The translations under genes and the position numbers were made by a program. 64,000 nt of DNA from Promethearchaeia archaeon (GTDB taxonomy: Archaea; Asgardarchaeota; Lokiarchaeia; Sigyniarchaeales; SOKP01): assembly GCA_029856155.1 (NCBI GenBank), contig JAHQWL010000075.1:55561-119560 (forward strand). The letters are read 5' to 3'. Shown here piece by piece: positions 27,674 through 38,337 of this stretch (its first letter is position 1; the number at the start of each line of letters is the position of its first letter). The notes beneath the pieces were generated by a model. That model saw only the letters and a list, made by a program, of their open reading frames with translations. It was not told the origin of the DNA and ran no database searches.

Positions 27674-30274
27674 TTATTTAAAGTAATAAACTGTAATATT
27701 CAGATCTTCAACATATTCTATTAAATCTGGCTTCTTTTTAATTGATTCTTCTAATGATTTCCCAATTACCTCTAAATTGTTTATTCTGATAGTATTTTTT
27801 ATATCTTCTTTTAGGATCTCAATATTTTTATGTTGATCTGTTTCTGTTATTAAAATTATTTTCTCAACACTCTCATTCAAAGGTATTTGAAGTTTTGATT
27901 TTAACATCCTTAGAAATTTTATGATTTCAATACCTAATTTACCTTGTTCAGCTAATGCTTCAGATATATGATCATAAGGTTCTGGCCAATTTTCTAAGTT
28001 TATGGACTCTAAGTCCTTAAATTGTTTATATAGAATAAAATATATTTCTTCTGAAATGAAAGGCATTATAACTGAAGAAATAGTTAATAATTTGTAAAAA
28101 AGGTTTAAAGCATTCTTTAATGAGGTTTCTCTTGTTCTTTGATCTTCAACATAAAACTTATACTTTATAGCTTCAATATAATTATCGCAGATGTCATTCC
28201 AAAAGAATGTACGAAGAATCATCATAGCTCCATGCCAATTATACCCATCAAAAAGATTTGTGATTAGATTTAAATTCTTATTAAATTCTGAAAAGAAAAA
28301 GCTATCTATACTCGATAAAGCCTTAGGATCTATTTTAATATCACTTAATTTTATCTTAGTTAAATTCAAATATAAAAATCTATATGCATTCCAAATTTTA
28401 GTTAAAAATCTCGAAGCTCCAATTAATTGTTCAAACCTCCTGCGATATTTTTTGTTAAATTTATCTTCTGGAAGTTTTTCCCTTTCCTTCAGAATAATTT
28501 CATTTGATACGGGCTGTTTGTTTTGTAGATTTATCCAAGTGAATTCAAAGGGATAATCATCTCCAAGTGTTCCCATTGCAGTCCAGTATCTTATTGAATC
28601 AGCACCAAATTCGGGCATAACTTCCTCTGGTGCAATATAGTTTCCCAGACTCTTTGACATGTGCCTTCCATCTGGACCAGCAACCATCCCGTTAATCATT
28701 GCTTCATAAAAAGGAGCTTTTCCAGTTAAAATCTTACATCGAAATAAGGTGTAAAATAACCAAGTTCGGATAATTTCATAACCCTGTGGACGATGAACTT
28801 TTGCATTCATATAAGCTCTTCTAAAGAATTCAGCATCTTCAGTCCATTTTGATATTTCTAAAGGTGTAAGACTTGAATCAATCCAACAATCACAGACATC
28901 TTTTTCGCCTATAATATTCTTACTTTTGCATTTTGGACACTGTTTAATTGGTGGTGAAATTTTCACAGGATTTAATGGTAAATCGTCTCTTTTAGGTGGT
29001 ATTATCTCACCACAATCGCTGCAGTACCAAAACGGGATAGGTGTACCAAAAAAACGCTGACGTGAGATCACCCAATTCCAATCTAAACCTTTTGCCCAAT
29101 CTATTAATCTTTGTTTTTGTTTTTCTGGATACCATTTCATTATTTCTCCAGATTCAATAATTTCACTAGTGAATTCCTTTACATTAATAAACCACTGATA
29201 TACGGGTAAATATTCTATAGGTTTCCGACAAGATGATCGTTCTGAATGGACAATGATACTATGTTCATAATCTTCAATTTTTTCGATTAATCCCAATTTA
29301 TCAAGATCTTTAACAATTTGTTCTCTTGCACCCATAATTGTTAAACCTTGATATTTAGAATTTTCATTCATATGACCATCTTCAGTAAAAATTTGGATCT
29401 CATCCAGATTATATTCAAGCTTCCACTTAATATCCATTTCATCACCATAAGTACAAACATAAACAACACCAGTACCAAAATTCATATCAACGGTGTTATC
29501 CATATAAACTCGAACAGCACGGTTTGTAAATGGAATTTCTATTTCAGAAGCAGAAATATCATAATAACGATCATCATTTGGATGAACCATAACAGCGACA
29601 CAAGCTTCCATGTATTCAGGTCGCGTAGTAGCTATCGTAATAAATTCATTTTCTCTCCCAATAATTGGCAATTTTATGTACCATAATTTTCCTAACTCAT
29701 CTTGATAACCTACTTCTGCTTTTGCCACAGAAGTTTCACAATTCACACAGAAATGAGTTGGAAATTTATCTCTATAAAGCATACCTTTTTCATAAAAATC
29801 TAAAAGTGAAATTTGGACTTTGCGTTTATAATCGTCATTCATAGTCCGATATGTATAATCCCAATCTGTAGAATATCCTAACTCATCCAATTGTTTTGTC
29901 ATATTTTTAATATTGTTTTCTACCCATTCTCTACATTTTTCTAAAAAGTTTGCTCGATCATCTTTAGTTACACCATAATTTTTAGTTACTGCTAACTCGA
30001 CAGGTAATCCATGACAATCCCATCCTTGAGGAAAAAATACATTTTCTCCTTTCATTCGATGATACCTTGCTACAAAATCTATCCAAGCATAATTTAGATA
30101 TTGTCCTATGTGTAGAACTCCACTAACAAATGGAGGTGGTGTATCAATAGTAAAAATTTCATCCATTCGATTCTCATCAAAAGCATATATCTTCTTGTTT
30201 TCCCAATATTTTATCCATTTCTCTTGAACTCTTTTAAAATTAAACCTTTTTGGATATGTTGTTTCTTGTGCCAT
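27674..30274 (-). CDS. valS: valyl-tRNA synthetase
   Basis: DTPPP, HIGH-like HIGQ, GWDCHGLP, ATTRPE, W.ISRQR..G.PIP, HMSKS.GN. Confidence 0.93.
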   Translation of the reverse strand: MAQETTYPKRFNFKRVQEKWIKYWENKKIYAFDENRMDEIFTIDTPPPFVSGVLHIGQYLNYAWIDFVARYHRMKGENVFFPQGWDCHGLPVELAVTKNYGVTKDDRANFLEKCREWVENNIKNMTKQLDELGYSTDWDYTYRTMNDDYKRKVQISLLDFYEKGMLYRDKFPTHFCVNCETSVAKAEVGYQDELGKLWYIKLPIIGRENEFITIATTRPEYMEACVAVMVHPNDDRYYDISASEIEIPFTNRAVRVYMDNTVDMNFGTGVVYVCTYGDEMDIKWKLEYNLDEIQIFTEDGHMNENSKYQGLTIMGAREQIVKDLDKLGLIEKIEDYEHSIIVHSERSSCRKPIEYLPVYQWFINVKEFTSEIIESGEIMKWYPEKQKQRLIDWAKGLDWNWVISRQRFFGTPIPFWYCSDCGEIIPPKRDDLPLNPVKISPPIKQCPKCKSKNIIGEKDVCDCWIDSSLTPLEISKWTEDAEFFRRAYMNAKVHRPQGYEIIRTWLFYTLFRCKILTGKAPFYEAMINGMVAGPDGRHMSKSLGNYIAPEEVMPEFGADSIRYWTAMGTLGDDYPFEFTWINLQNKQPVSNEIILKEREKLPEDKFNKKYRRRFEQLIGASRFLTKIWNAYRFLYLNLTKIKLSDIKIDPKALSSIDSFFFSEFNKNLNLITNLFDGYNWHGAMMILRTFFWNDICDNYIEAIKYKFYVEDQRTRETSLKNALNLFYKLLTISSVIMPFISEEIYFILYKQFKDLESINLENWPEPYDHISEALAEQGKLGIEIIKFLRMLKSKLQIPLNESVEKIILITETDQHKNIEILKEDIKNTIRINNLEVIGKSLEESIKKKPDLIEYVEDLNITVYYFK

Positions 30275-30394
30275 TTTGAACTCTAATTAGAAGGTTAATT
30301 AATATAAAAATGTATAATACTTGATAACTTTATAAGATTTGTTCAATTCATGGTATTCAATGTAGCTTTCTTTATGGTATAATTTAAAAATTTT

Positions 30395-30414
30395 AATGGA
30401 CCTGATGGGAATCG
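30395..30414 (-). repeat. degenerate copy of the tRNA-Ala 3' end (att-like direct repeat)
   Basis: aatggacctgatgggaatcg vs aatggacctgacgggaattg at 31219-31238: 18/20 identical. Confidence 0.75.
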
Positions 30415-30456
30415 TCTAAAAGTGATATCGCGAAATTATATTTTTTCCATTAAATT

Positions 30457-31068
30457 TTAACTTTTAATCCTTCGACCAATATATCTAAATACTTTTCTTT
30501 TATATTCAATATAATCCTTTCCAAAGCATTGTTCTAATTCTTTTTCTTCTAACCTAATTCTATAATGAAAATTAATAATGAATATAATAATAGATAGGAA
30601 TGTTATCCATGTTGGAATTATTAAACTGAATCCTATTGTTAAAATGTGCAATCCAAGATAAATAGGGTTTCTTGATATTGCATATATTCCTCTTGTTTTT
30701 AATGCAGATGAGTTAGATTTATCTGCTGAACCTATTATTGAATTTAGATTAAAATATGCGATTAGAAATATAATGGTTCCAATTAAAACAAAAATATCTC
30801 CTATATATTTTAAAAGGTCTATATTTAGCATTTCTATTGGTAAAAAAAGATTAAATGCTAAAATAGGATTGAAAATATAAATTAATGTTAAAAAGCATAT
30901 ATAAATATATCCTAAAATACAAATTACTATTAATGGATAAATCCATTGAGGAATCTCAGGAAAATTAACTGCTCTTTCAATCTTATGTGATAATTTTCTA
31001 TAAATTATATGGAATAAAACGATAATTATTATTATCCAAAAAATAATCAATGATATTTTAGTCAACAT
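30457..31068 (-). CDS. isoprenylcysteine carboxyl methyltransferase/PEMT-family membrane methyltransferase
   Basis: L.T.GIY..SRNPIY.G and EE..L...FG..Y..Y...V motifs; multi-TM. Confidence 0.85.
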   Translation of the reverse strand: MLTKISLIIFWIIIIIVLFHIIYRKLSHKIERAVNFPEIPQWIYPLIVICILGYIYICFLTLIYIFNPILAFNLFLPIEMLNIDLLKYIGDIFVLIGTIIFLIAYFNLNSIIGSADKSNSSALKTRGIYAISRNPIYLGLHILTIGFSLIIPTWITFLSIIIFIINFHYRIRLEEKELEQCFGKDYIEYKRKVFRYIGRRIKS

Positions 31069-31220
31069 ATTAAAAAACAGAATTTGTTTTAACTAAATTT
31101 TATTTTTAGTATGTTTTTAATTTTACTAGAATGATTAATTTTAACTAAATTGCTAATAAATTTATTACTAACTGGATGCATGTGTTATTTAAAATCCTTT
31201 TAAGATGTTTAATAGTAGAA

Positions 31221-31321
31221 TGGACCTGACGGGAATTGAACCCGTGACCTCTTGAATGCGAATCTTGTAATTAAGCCTTTCACTTAATTTATCAAGCGAT
31301 CTTCCACTGATCTACAGGCCC
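31221..31321 (-). tRNA. tRNA-Ala(CGC) with 29-nt intron at position 32/33 (intron 31262-31290)
   Basis: Cloverleaf: acceptor GGGCCTG/CAGGTCC with G3:U70, discriminator A, D arm GATC/GATC, T arm ACGGG-TTCAATT-CCCGT. Anticodon arm CTTGA-TTCGCAT-TCAAG forms only after intron removal. Confidence 0.93.
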
Positions 31322-31408
31322 AACTATAATGATTATATAATTATATTGCAAAAATCAGAATGACTAAAATTTTTTATTATTTTTCTTAGATTTTTAAAAA
31401 AAATAAGA

Positions 31409-33787
31409 TTAATACTCAGTTCTGGCAATAATTTCATCTTGAGCGTTTTTTGATAATTCTGTAAAATATACAGAATATCCAGCGACTCTTACAACTAACC
31501 CTCTATAATTATCAGGATTTAGTTGAGCATCACATAGAGCTTCCTTTCCCACAACATTGAATTGTACTTGATAACCCCCTTCGGGTTGAAAAAAAGTTCT
31601 AAGAAGCGGATTTAAGATTTCTGTATTTAATGTATTTGGATGAAAAGCTAAAATTAATGAATTACCATTGGTCATTAACTCATTATTGAGTTTTTTAATT
31701 GAATTGAGAATGGCTGTTGGACCCTTTTTATCCATACCACTTGTTGGACTTAGACCATTTGAAAGAGGTTCTGTTTTTCTTCTACCATCCGCTGATGCTC
31801 CTGTGAAAACGCCAAATGCTAAATGAAATGTTGTGGAATAAATTCCGGGATTAAATATTCCGCCTCTATAATTTGAATGTTTTGAAATTTCTTCGCAATA
31901 AAATTTTGCGACCTCTACCGCAATCTGATCAACATAATCGTCATCATTTCCGAATTTCGGTACCTTATTAACGAAAAATTCTCGCCATTCCGTTCCTTTT
32001 TTTCCTTGATAAATACCTCTAAAATTCTTTGCAAGCATTTGAACTAAATCTTCAAATGATATGATTTTATCTTCAAAAACGGTTTTCTTAATTACAGCAA
32101 GACTGTCTGCAACTGTGGCTAAACCAATTAATTGTGGTCCTGTAAAATTATAAATCGCACCACCTTTAGTTATATCAAGACCACGCTCTAAACAATCATC
32201 TATTGTTGTAGATAAAAATGGTTGCGGCGTAAGTTCAGCAATTGCTTTATCAAGAAAATACATGGTTTTTACCATGTAATCAATGAAAAATTTCACTTGA
32301 TTCTTAAAAATATTCCAAAGATCTTCATATGAATTAATCTCTCTATTATTTTTAAATCCATAATCTTTCCTAGTCAACATATCGACTCCATTATTCAATG
32401 CTAACTCTAAACATTTCACTACATTAAATTGGTTAGCATTTGTTGATCCAAATGATTTATATGGATGTTGAGGCTCAACACATCCGATTGGTGCATATTC
32501 TCGAGCATCTTCTAGAGTAAAACCTCGATTAATAAGACCGGGGATCATTACTTGGTCATTGAATAAAGCAATACTGGTACCACTTTTTATAGATTCCCCA
32601 ACTCTCAATATAAAATCATCTGAGGTTTCTTTATGAATTCTAACACAAAATGTTGGCTGGACAGTTTTTATATGAGTATATGCATCCAAAATCATCAAAG
32701 ATAATTCATTTGTAGCATCTTTTCCTTCACGATCTAATCCCCCAATTACTAAATTTTCAGCAATAGGAGGGCCTTCAACAGCTACTACCCCTTTTGAAAT
32801 AACATAGTTCCATAAGGTAGAAATTTTAATGAAAAAGCATTCAATTAGAAATTGAGCTTTTTCTCGTGTAATATTTCCCTCTTTTATATCTTTTAAATAA
32901 TAGGGATATAGGTACTGATCTAAGCGACCTATTGAAATGGCAAAACCACCATCTTCTAAACCACATATTAGATGAGTAAAATAAATTAATTGTATCGCTT
33001 CTTCAAAATTATTAGGTCTATTTTGAGAGATATTATTACAAATTTTAGATATATTGTAGAGTTCTTCTTGACGTTCAGGATTCTGTTCATTCTTAGCCAT
33101 TTCTCTTGCTAAGACTGAAAATCTCTGCATAAATTTCTTAGCTGCATCTAATAAAATGATTACTGATTCAAAAAAAGTCTTTTTATTGTTATCATTAGAA
33201 AATTTTTTTAAATTCTTCCTAGTTTTATGAATTAAACCATTTATACCATTTTTTAAAACATTTTCATGACCTGGAAAAAAATGACCAATTCCACTCGAGA
33301 GTTCTACATCTACAGCAAAAACGAGTTTTTCCATAATATCTCTTAAATCTGAGTCTAGATATGATTGAAACCGCTCCTGCACAGTAATTTCCTCATCTTT
33401 CCAATAAGGAATTATTACTTCTTTTATATTTTGTCTCTCTTCATTTGTTAAGTAAAGTTTCTGGACAGGACGAGTATCATAATTATCAATATCCTGATTT
33501 ATTGTATCTATTCGAGCTTCGGGATACAATGGAGTTCCTACAAATTTAGTACATCTATTACCAATTATATATTCCTCATTCCATATTTTTAATGTCATAT
33601 TTATCAAATAATAGTCCATGGCTTTCGCGAATCTAATAATCGGGTTTTCTCCTTTTGTTTTTTTATAAGATTCTGTAAATAATTTAGCTCGTTCGACACA
33701 AATTTCATGTGGTGCCTTTACAAGTTTGTTTTTCATTCTTAACGTACGTTCATTATAGCTTGAAATGGTAATATGTTCCAATTGCAT
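31409..33787 (-). CDS. glycyl radical enzyme (PFL2/dehydratase-like)
   Basis: Cys loop IGCVEP, Gly loop VRVAGYS, GRLDQYLYPYY, PKFGNDD. Confidence 0.92.
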   Translation of the reverse strand: MQLEHITISSYNERTLRMKNKLVKAPHEICVERAKLFTESYKKTKGENPIIRFAKAMDYYLINMTLKIWNEEYIIGNRCTKFVGTPLYPEARIDTINQDIDNYDTRPVQKLYLTNEERQNIKEVIIPYWKDEEITVQERFQSYLDSDLRDIMEKLVFAVDVELSSGIGHFFPGHENVLKNGINGLIHKTRKNLKKFSNDNNKKTFFESVIILLDAAKKFMQRFSVLAREMAKNEQNPERQEELYNISKICNNISQNRPNNFEEAIQLIYFTHLICGLEDGGFAISIGRLDQYLYPYYLKDIKEGNITREKAQFLIECFFIKISTLWNYVISKGVVAVEGPPIAENLVIGGLDREGKDATNELSLMILDAYTHIKTVQPTFCVRIHKETSDDFILRVGESIKSGTSIALFNDQVMIPGLINRGFTLEDAREYAPIGCVEPQHPYKSFGSTNANQFNVVKCLELALNNGVDMLTRKDYGFKNNREINSYEDLWNIFKNQVKFFIDYMVKTMYFLDKAIAELTPQPFLSTTIDDCLERGLDITKGGAIYNFTGPQLIGLATVADSLAVIKKTVFEDKIISFEDLVQMLAKNFRGIYQGKKGTEWREFFVNKVPKFGNDDDYVDQIAVEVAKFYCEEISKHSNYRGGIFNPGIYSTTFHLAFGVFTGASADGRRKTEPLSNGLSPTSGMDKKGPTAILNSIKKLNNELMTNGNSLILAFHPNTLNTEILNPLLRTFFQPEGGYQVQFNVVGKEALCDAQLNPDNYRGLVVRVAGYSVYFTELSKNAQDEIIARTEY

Positions 33788-33897
33788 TTGTATCCCAAAA
33801 TATTATGAATCATTCATTTTAATTAAAAATATAATTGCTATGTTTAATAAACGTTTTTATTATATTTTTTTAAAAGATTCTGGGGAATTTCTAAGAT

Positions 33898-34734
33898 TTA
33901 AATAAATTTCATCAAATGATTCTTAGTTTCGGGAGAAAACAATAAACCCGCTTTCTTTTTGTTATTAAATCTTTTGATAGCTACATCTAAATATTCTTTC
34001 TTTAAGTCAATTCCAATGAAATTTCGGTTTAAAATACTACATACAATTCCAGTAGTTCCAGACCCCATAAATGGATCTAATACCCAATCACCCTCATTTG
34101 AAGAAGATGAAATTATTCTATTTAATAATTCCAGTGGTTTTTGAGTTGGGTGTTTACCGAATTCTTTTTCATCCTTTGATATTAAAGGAATTGACCAAAC
34201 ACTTCTCATTTGTTTATCTTTATTCTTCAATTTATCTTTAGGATTATTCCATGCCTTCATTTTTTCATAATTAAATGTATGGTTTGAATTTTTAGATTTG
34301 CGAGCCCATAATACTATTTCATGGCTATGTGTAAAGTATTTACATGATAAATTAGGTGGAGCATTTGGTTTATACATAACAACATCATTAATAATATCAT
34401 AACCATTGTTCTCTAATAGATAACCCACTTTATAGATAATATGTAACGTTCCAGAAACCCATAAACTACCATTATTTTTTAAAAGTCTTCTACAAGCTTT
34501 TAACCAAGAATCTATAAAATTAATATCCTCGTCGAAACCTTTTGATTTATCCCATTCTCCTTTATTAACCGATACCATCCTGCCCGATTTACACGTAATC
34601 CCATCATTTGATAAGAAATAAGGTGGATCAGCAAAAATTAAATCAAAACTTCTATCTTCAAATTGATTTAGTATATCTAAAGTGTCTCCATGGTACAAAA
34701 TGAAATTATTCTCTTCAAAATAAGGTTTTATCAT
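33898..34734 (-). CDS. beta-class N6-adenine DNA methyltransferase, DpnA-like
   Basis: FADPPYFLSN.GI....G.MVSVNKG.WD, HPTQKP, DPFMGSGTT. Confidence 0.88.
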   Translation of the reverse strand: MIKPYFEENNFILYHGDTLDILNQFEDRSFDLIFADPPYFLSNDGITCKSGRMVSVNKGEWDKSKGFDEDINFIDSWLKACRRLLKNNGSLWVSGTLHIIYKVGYLLENNGYDIINDVVMYKPNAPPNLSCKYFTHSHEIVLWARKSKNSNHTFNYEKMKAWNNPKDKLKNKDKQMRSVWSIPLISKDEKEFGKHPTQKPLELLNRIISSSSNEGDWVLDPFMGSGTTGIVCSILNRNFIGIDLKKEYLDVAIKRFNNKKKAGLLFSPETKNHLMKFI

Positions 34735-34895
34735 ATTTGGGTAAATTCATCTTAGAAGTTATGAAAAATTCAATAAAATAGGTTAAGAGAATATAATATC
34801 TTTTAATTATTAACTTTAAAGTTTAATATTAACAAACAATTAATATTCATGTAAGAAAATCGTTAATTTATTCAAAATGCATTCGAGTTTTAAAC

Positions 34896-35837
34896 ATGAT
34901 AAATAAACAAAGATTTGAGGAGTTATTTAACGAACATGTTATTAAAGACATTTCTGAAGAACAAATTGATATAGTTCTTTCAGGGCAATATGGTAAAGCA
35001 TTAGAATTATTAAGAGATGCAGAGTCAACTGGATTGTTTCCTGCTTTAGTCGGTCCTCCTGGAGTTGGCAAAACCATTTTATGTCGATATTTTGCTAGTT
35101 TAAGGGCGAAAGAGAAGAAAAATAAGAGTTTTTACTGGTTAACTATGGATGAGAGTATAAAACCTTCTCATTTTGTTGGCTCTTTTGATCCCGCAATTAC
35201 GTTAAAAAAAGGATTTGTATTGGAGTCTTTTAACCCAGGCCCATTATTAAACGCTATGCTAGAAGGGGGTACTTTCTTAGCTAATGAAATTAATAGAGCT
35301 ACAGAATATTCTCAAAACACGCTATTAGAGCCCCTAGAGGAAGCATCTATTGGTATTCCCCATTTAGGGAGAATAAAAGCAGATAACAATTTTTTCTTTA
35401 TATGTGCAATGAACCCTGAAGAATTATCAGGAACTCATCGCTTATCTGAAGCTTTAAAAGATAGAATAAAGGTCTGGATCAAATTGACTTATCCAGATAA
35501 ATCGACTGAACTAGATATTATAAGAATTAATCTACCGGAACATTTTATTATTGAAGAATCTGAATTAGAATTAATATATTCAATTATTAAAGAAACTAGA
35601 CAAAATAAAATAGATATTGAAATTCCCGCTTCTATAAGAGCTGGAATTGCTATTGCTAAATTATTAGCAAGAAAAAGACTATTAGAGAAAGAAAACAAAG
35701 TGAAAGAAAAAGAATCAGCGTACCTTTATCTCTCAGAAATTGCCCGTCATGTTTTATTGGGCAGTTTAAAACCTAAACCTGGAGTAAAAGTTGAAAATAT
35801 TATAGAAAATATTATTCATAAGACGTTAGGAGGGTAA
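34896..35837 (+). CDS. MoxR-family AAA+ ATPase
   Basis: Walker A GPPGVGKT, F.PGPL, NEINR, AMNP....GT..LSEALKDR. Confidence 0.88.
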   Translation: MINKQRFEELFNEHVIKDISEEQIDIVLSGQYGKALELLRDAESTGLFPALVGPPGVGKTILCRYFASLRAKEKKNKSFYWLTMDESIKPSHFVGSFDPAITLKKGFVLESFNPGPLLNAMLEGGTFLANEINRATEYSQNTLLEPLEEASIGIPHLGRIKADNNFFFICAMNPEELSGTHRLSEALKDRIKVWIKLTYPDKSTELDIIRINLPEHFIIEESELELIYSIIKETRQNKIDIEIPASIRAGIAIAKLLARKRLLEKENKVKEKESAYLYLSEIARHVLLGSLKPKPGVKVENIIENIIHKTLGG

Positions 35838-35842
35838 ATTTA

Positions 35843-38332
35843 TTGGGAGTTTTTCCTGAAAACCCTTGTGAATTTGCTGTGGAGTTTATTAGAAGGATGA
35901 GAAATCATCCAGATATAATCCAAATGCCATCTCCAAGGCAGGTTTTATCAATACCAAATTTAATCATATCAAGATATTATCGTAAAGGATCTATTACTCC
36001 AAATGATTTTATTGAAATTGGTACTGTCACCTCATTTCCAGATAACCAAAATTTAGCGAAAGATATAGCATTTGAGATTTTATTTCCAAATTACAAGAAA
36101 GACTTAATAAAATCATTCTTTGTTGAGAATGAGATTAATGATTTTGAGAATGAATTGAAAAACTCTGGGATCAAATCGGAATTAGACCAATTACAAGATA
36201 TCATAGATGAGATTGAATTTTCAAAATCCTTTGACACAGATATGATTCAACAATTAGAAGAGTTTATGGAACAATTAAATCAAAAAAGGCATGAAGAACC
36301 ATATACATCAGCCCTTAATTTCTTTAACGATGATTCTGAGTTATATAAGGAAGAAATAACTTCATTTGAGAAATTACTTGAAGAGGCAAAGAACCGAATG
36401 CTTCAAAAAATAAATTCTTTAGATCCTAAGGATCTTAAAGCTGGCACTAACCTAGGATTAAATGAATTAGTACAACAACAATCTTTAAGAGAATGGGAAA
36501 AAATTACAAGTAAAGCTTTAAATAATCGAAATATTGAGAACGATTTAAATAAATTGATAAAATCAGGAAGTTTAGAAGATTTCCTTCAATCTATGAAATT
36601 TTTAAATGATACTAATGCCATTTCTAAAGAACAATTAGAAAATCTAAAAAAAGAACTTCAAAATAAGATTGGTAATTTAGATCAATTATTTCAATCGGCA
36701 AAACACTTAGGAGAAACACCCAATTTTGACATTAATAAAATAATGAACAATAGTCTAAACCAATCTTCATTTGAACATAATTTCAATTTAGCAAATTCAC
36801 TTGATCAATTTTTTGGCACTAATCTAAGACCTTCATTATTAGATACCTTTGATCAACAGAATAAAAGTTCCCAAATGAATCTTTCACTTGAAACTTTAAC
36901 AAAAACTGCATTTACAAACAAATCGTGGAATTCACTATTTAATCAAGCTTTAAAAAATGCAATAACAGAAGCGGACGCTCAAAATAAGAAATATGAAGCT
37001 TTTAAATCACTTACACATGAATTGCAGCAGCTTATGAATAGTTGTCAAAATATGCACTGTAGTCAAAAAATGGCTCAAAACATTCCAGATCTTATGTCCT
37101 TAACTTTGGAATCTTGTGAGACTCCTTCCCAGCTTAGAGATGCAACCGAATTTTTAAGAAAAATCGGATTAATCCCAAAATCAGAAGTCATTGAAAAAAT
37201 TGGAAAGAAACTTCAAATGCCTGAAGATGAAATTTTTGAATTAATTGAACCCACTTATCAATTACTAAAAAAATTAGTGGAAAGTAAAAAAGCAGATTTT
37301 CAAAGATTGAGTAATTTATTAAATCAAATTAAGGATCAATTAAATTATGAGAGGATAAAAGAATTAACTGCCAGTGCTTTAGCTTCTGATAACAGAGATG
37401 CTTTAGGAGCACTTGGAAATTTTAATTTAAGTGAAGCGTTAAAAAGTGCTCAGCAAATAGGAGGTCAAGAAGGTGAGAATAAGATGATTTCTTGTTTATC
37501 TGCTGGTAGTGGAGAAAATCTACTTACACAATGGTTTATTCATCGTAAAAACTTACCAGAACCAACTAAACAAAAAGTTAAAGAATTAGCAAAAAAAATG
37601 TTAATTGAATTAGGTATATATTATTCAAGAGCACGTTTAGGCACTTCCACAACAGGGCCAATCCCAATTAATATAGTAAGACCTTATTCAATAGGAGACG
37701 ATTTTGAAAATATTGACCTTGAAGAAACACTCTATAATATATTAGAAAAAGGTAAAAAATTAGATCATATTAATTATGACGATTTTTTTGTTTATGAAAC
37801 TGCTAAAGGGCTCCGAACTGCTTGTTTTGAGCTTGATATTTCAGGTAGTATGACGGGAGATAAACTTGCTTATATGAGTATCTGTGTAACGATGTTATGT
37901 TATGGGATGCGAAAAGACGAGCTTGGAATAGCCTTTTTTGAATCAAATACTCATGTTCTGAAAGGTTTGGATGAAAAAATAGATTTAGAAAAATTAGCAG
38001 ATGAGCTACTTTCTGTCACTGCCCGAGGGGGAACAAGAATACAAAGTGCTGTTGAATGGGCAAATAAACAATTTAAGGAACATTCTAATTCACGTGAAAA
38101 ATTGAATATATTGTTTACTGATGGTGAAATTTTCGATATTAAAGAAGCTCTGGTAGAATTTAGGAAAATGCGTTCATTAGGTATTGATTTCATATTAGTG
38201 TGTCCTGAAGATTCATATAACTTTAAAGAAGCTAAAAAAATGGTAAAAGTTGCTGGAGGGCAATTACTTACGATAAAAGATTGGAATGAATTTCCCAAAT
38301 TAATTTCAGAAATAATTAAGTCAAGATTTTAA
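35843..38332 (+). CDS. VWA-domain protein (MoxR partner)
   Basis: C-terminal MIDAS DISGSM...RGGT...FTDG; long helical N-terminal part. Confidence 0.88.
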   Translation: MGVFPENPCEFAVEFIRRMRNHPDIIQMPSPRQVLSIPNLIISRYYRKGSITPNDFIEIGTVTSFPDNQNLAKDIAFEILFPNYKKDLIKSFFVENEINDFENELKNSGIKSELDQLQDIIDEIEFSKSFDTDMIQQLEEFMEQLNQKRHEEPYTSALNFFNDDSELYKEEITSFEKLLEEAKNRMLQKINSLDPKDLKAGTNLGLNELVQQQSLREWEKITSKALNNRNIENDLNKLIKSGSLEDFLQSMKFLNDTNAISKEQLENLKKELQNKIGNLDQLFQSAKHLGETPNFDINKIMNNSLNQSSFEHNFNLANSLDQFFGTNLRPSLLDTFDQQNKSSQMNLSLETLTKTAFTNKSWNSLFNQALKNAITEADAQNKKYEAFKSLTHELQQLMNSCQNMHCSQKMAQNIPDLMSLTLESCETPSQLRDATEFLRKIGLIPKSEVIEKIGKKLQMPEDEIFELIEPTYQLLKKLVESKKADFQRLSNLLNQIKDQLNYERIKELTASALASDNRDALGALGNFNLSEALKSAQQIGGQEGENKMISCLSAGSGENLLTQWFIHRKNLPEPTKQKVKELAKKMLIELGIYYSRARLGTSTTGPIPINIVRPYSIGDDFENIDLEETLYNILEKGKKLDHINYDDFFVYETAKGLRTACFELDISGSMTGDKLAYMSICVTMLCYGMRKDELGIAFFESNTHVLKGLDEKIDLEKLADELLSVTARGGTRIQSAVEWANKQFKEHSNSREKLNILFTDGEIFDIKEALVEFRKMRSLGIDFILVCPEDSYNFKEAKKMVKVAGGQLLTIKDWNEFPKLISEIIKSRF

Positions 38333-38337
38333 AAAAA

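Noticed and set aside
30457-31068. ICMT-family gene as evidence for CaaX processing of the small GTPases
   Set aside because: Neither GTPase has C-terminal cysteines, and this family is widespread in prokaryotes with other substrates.
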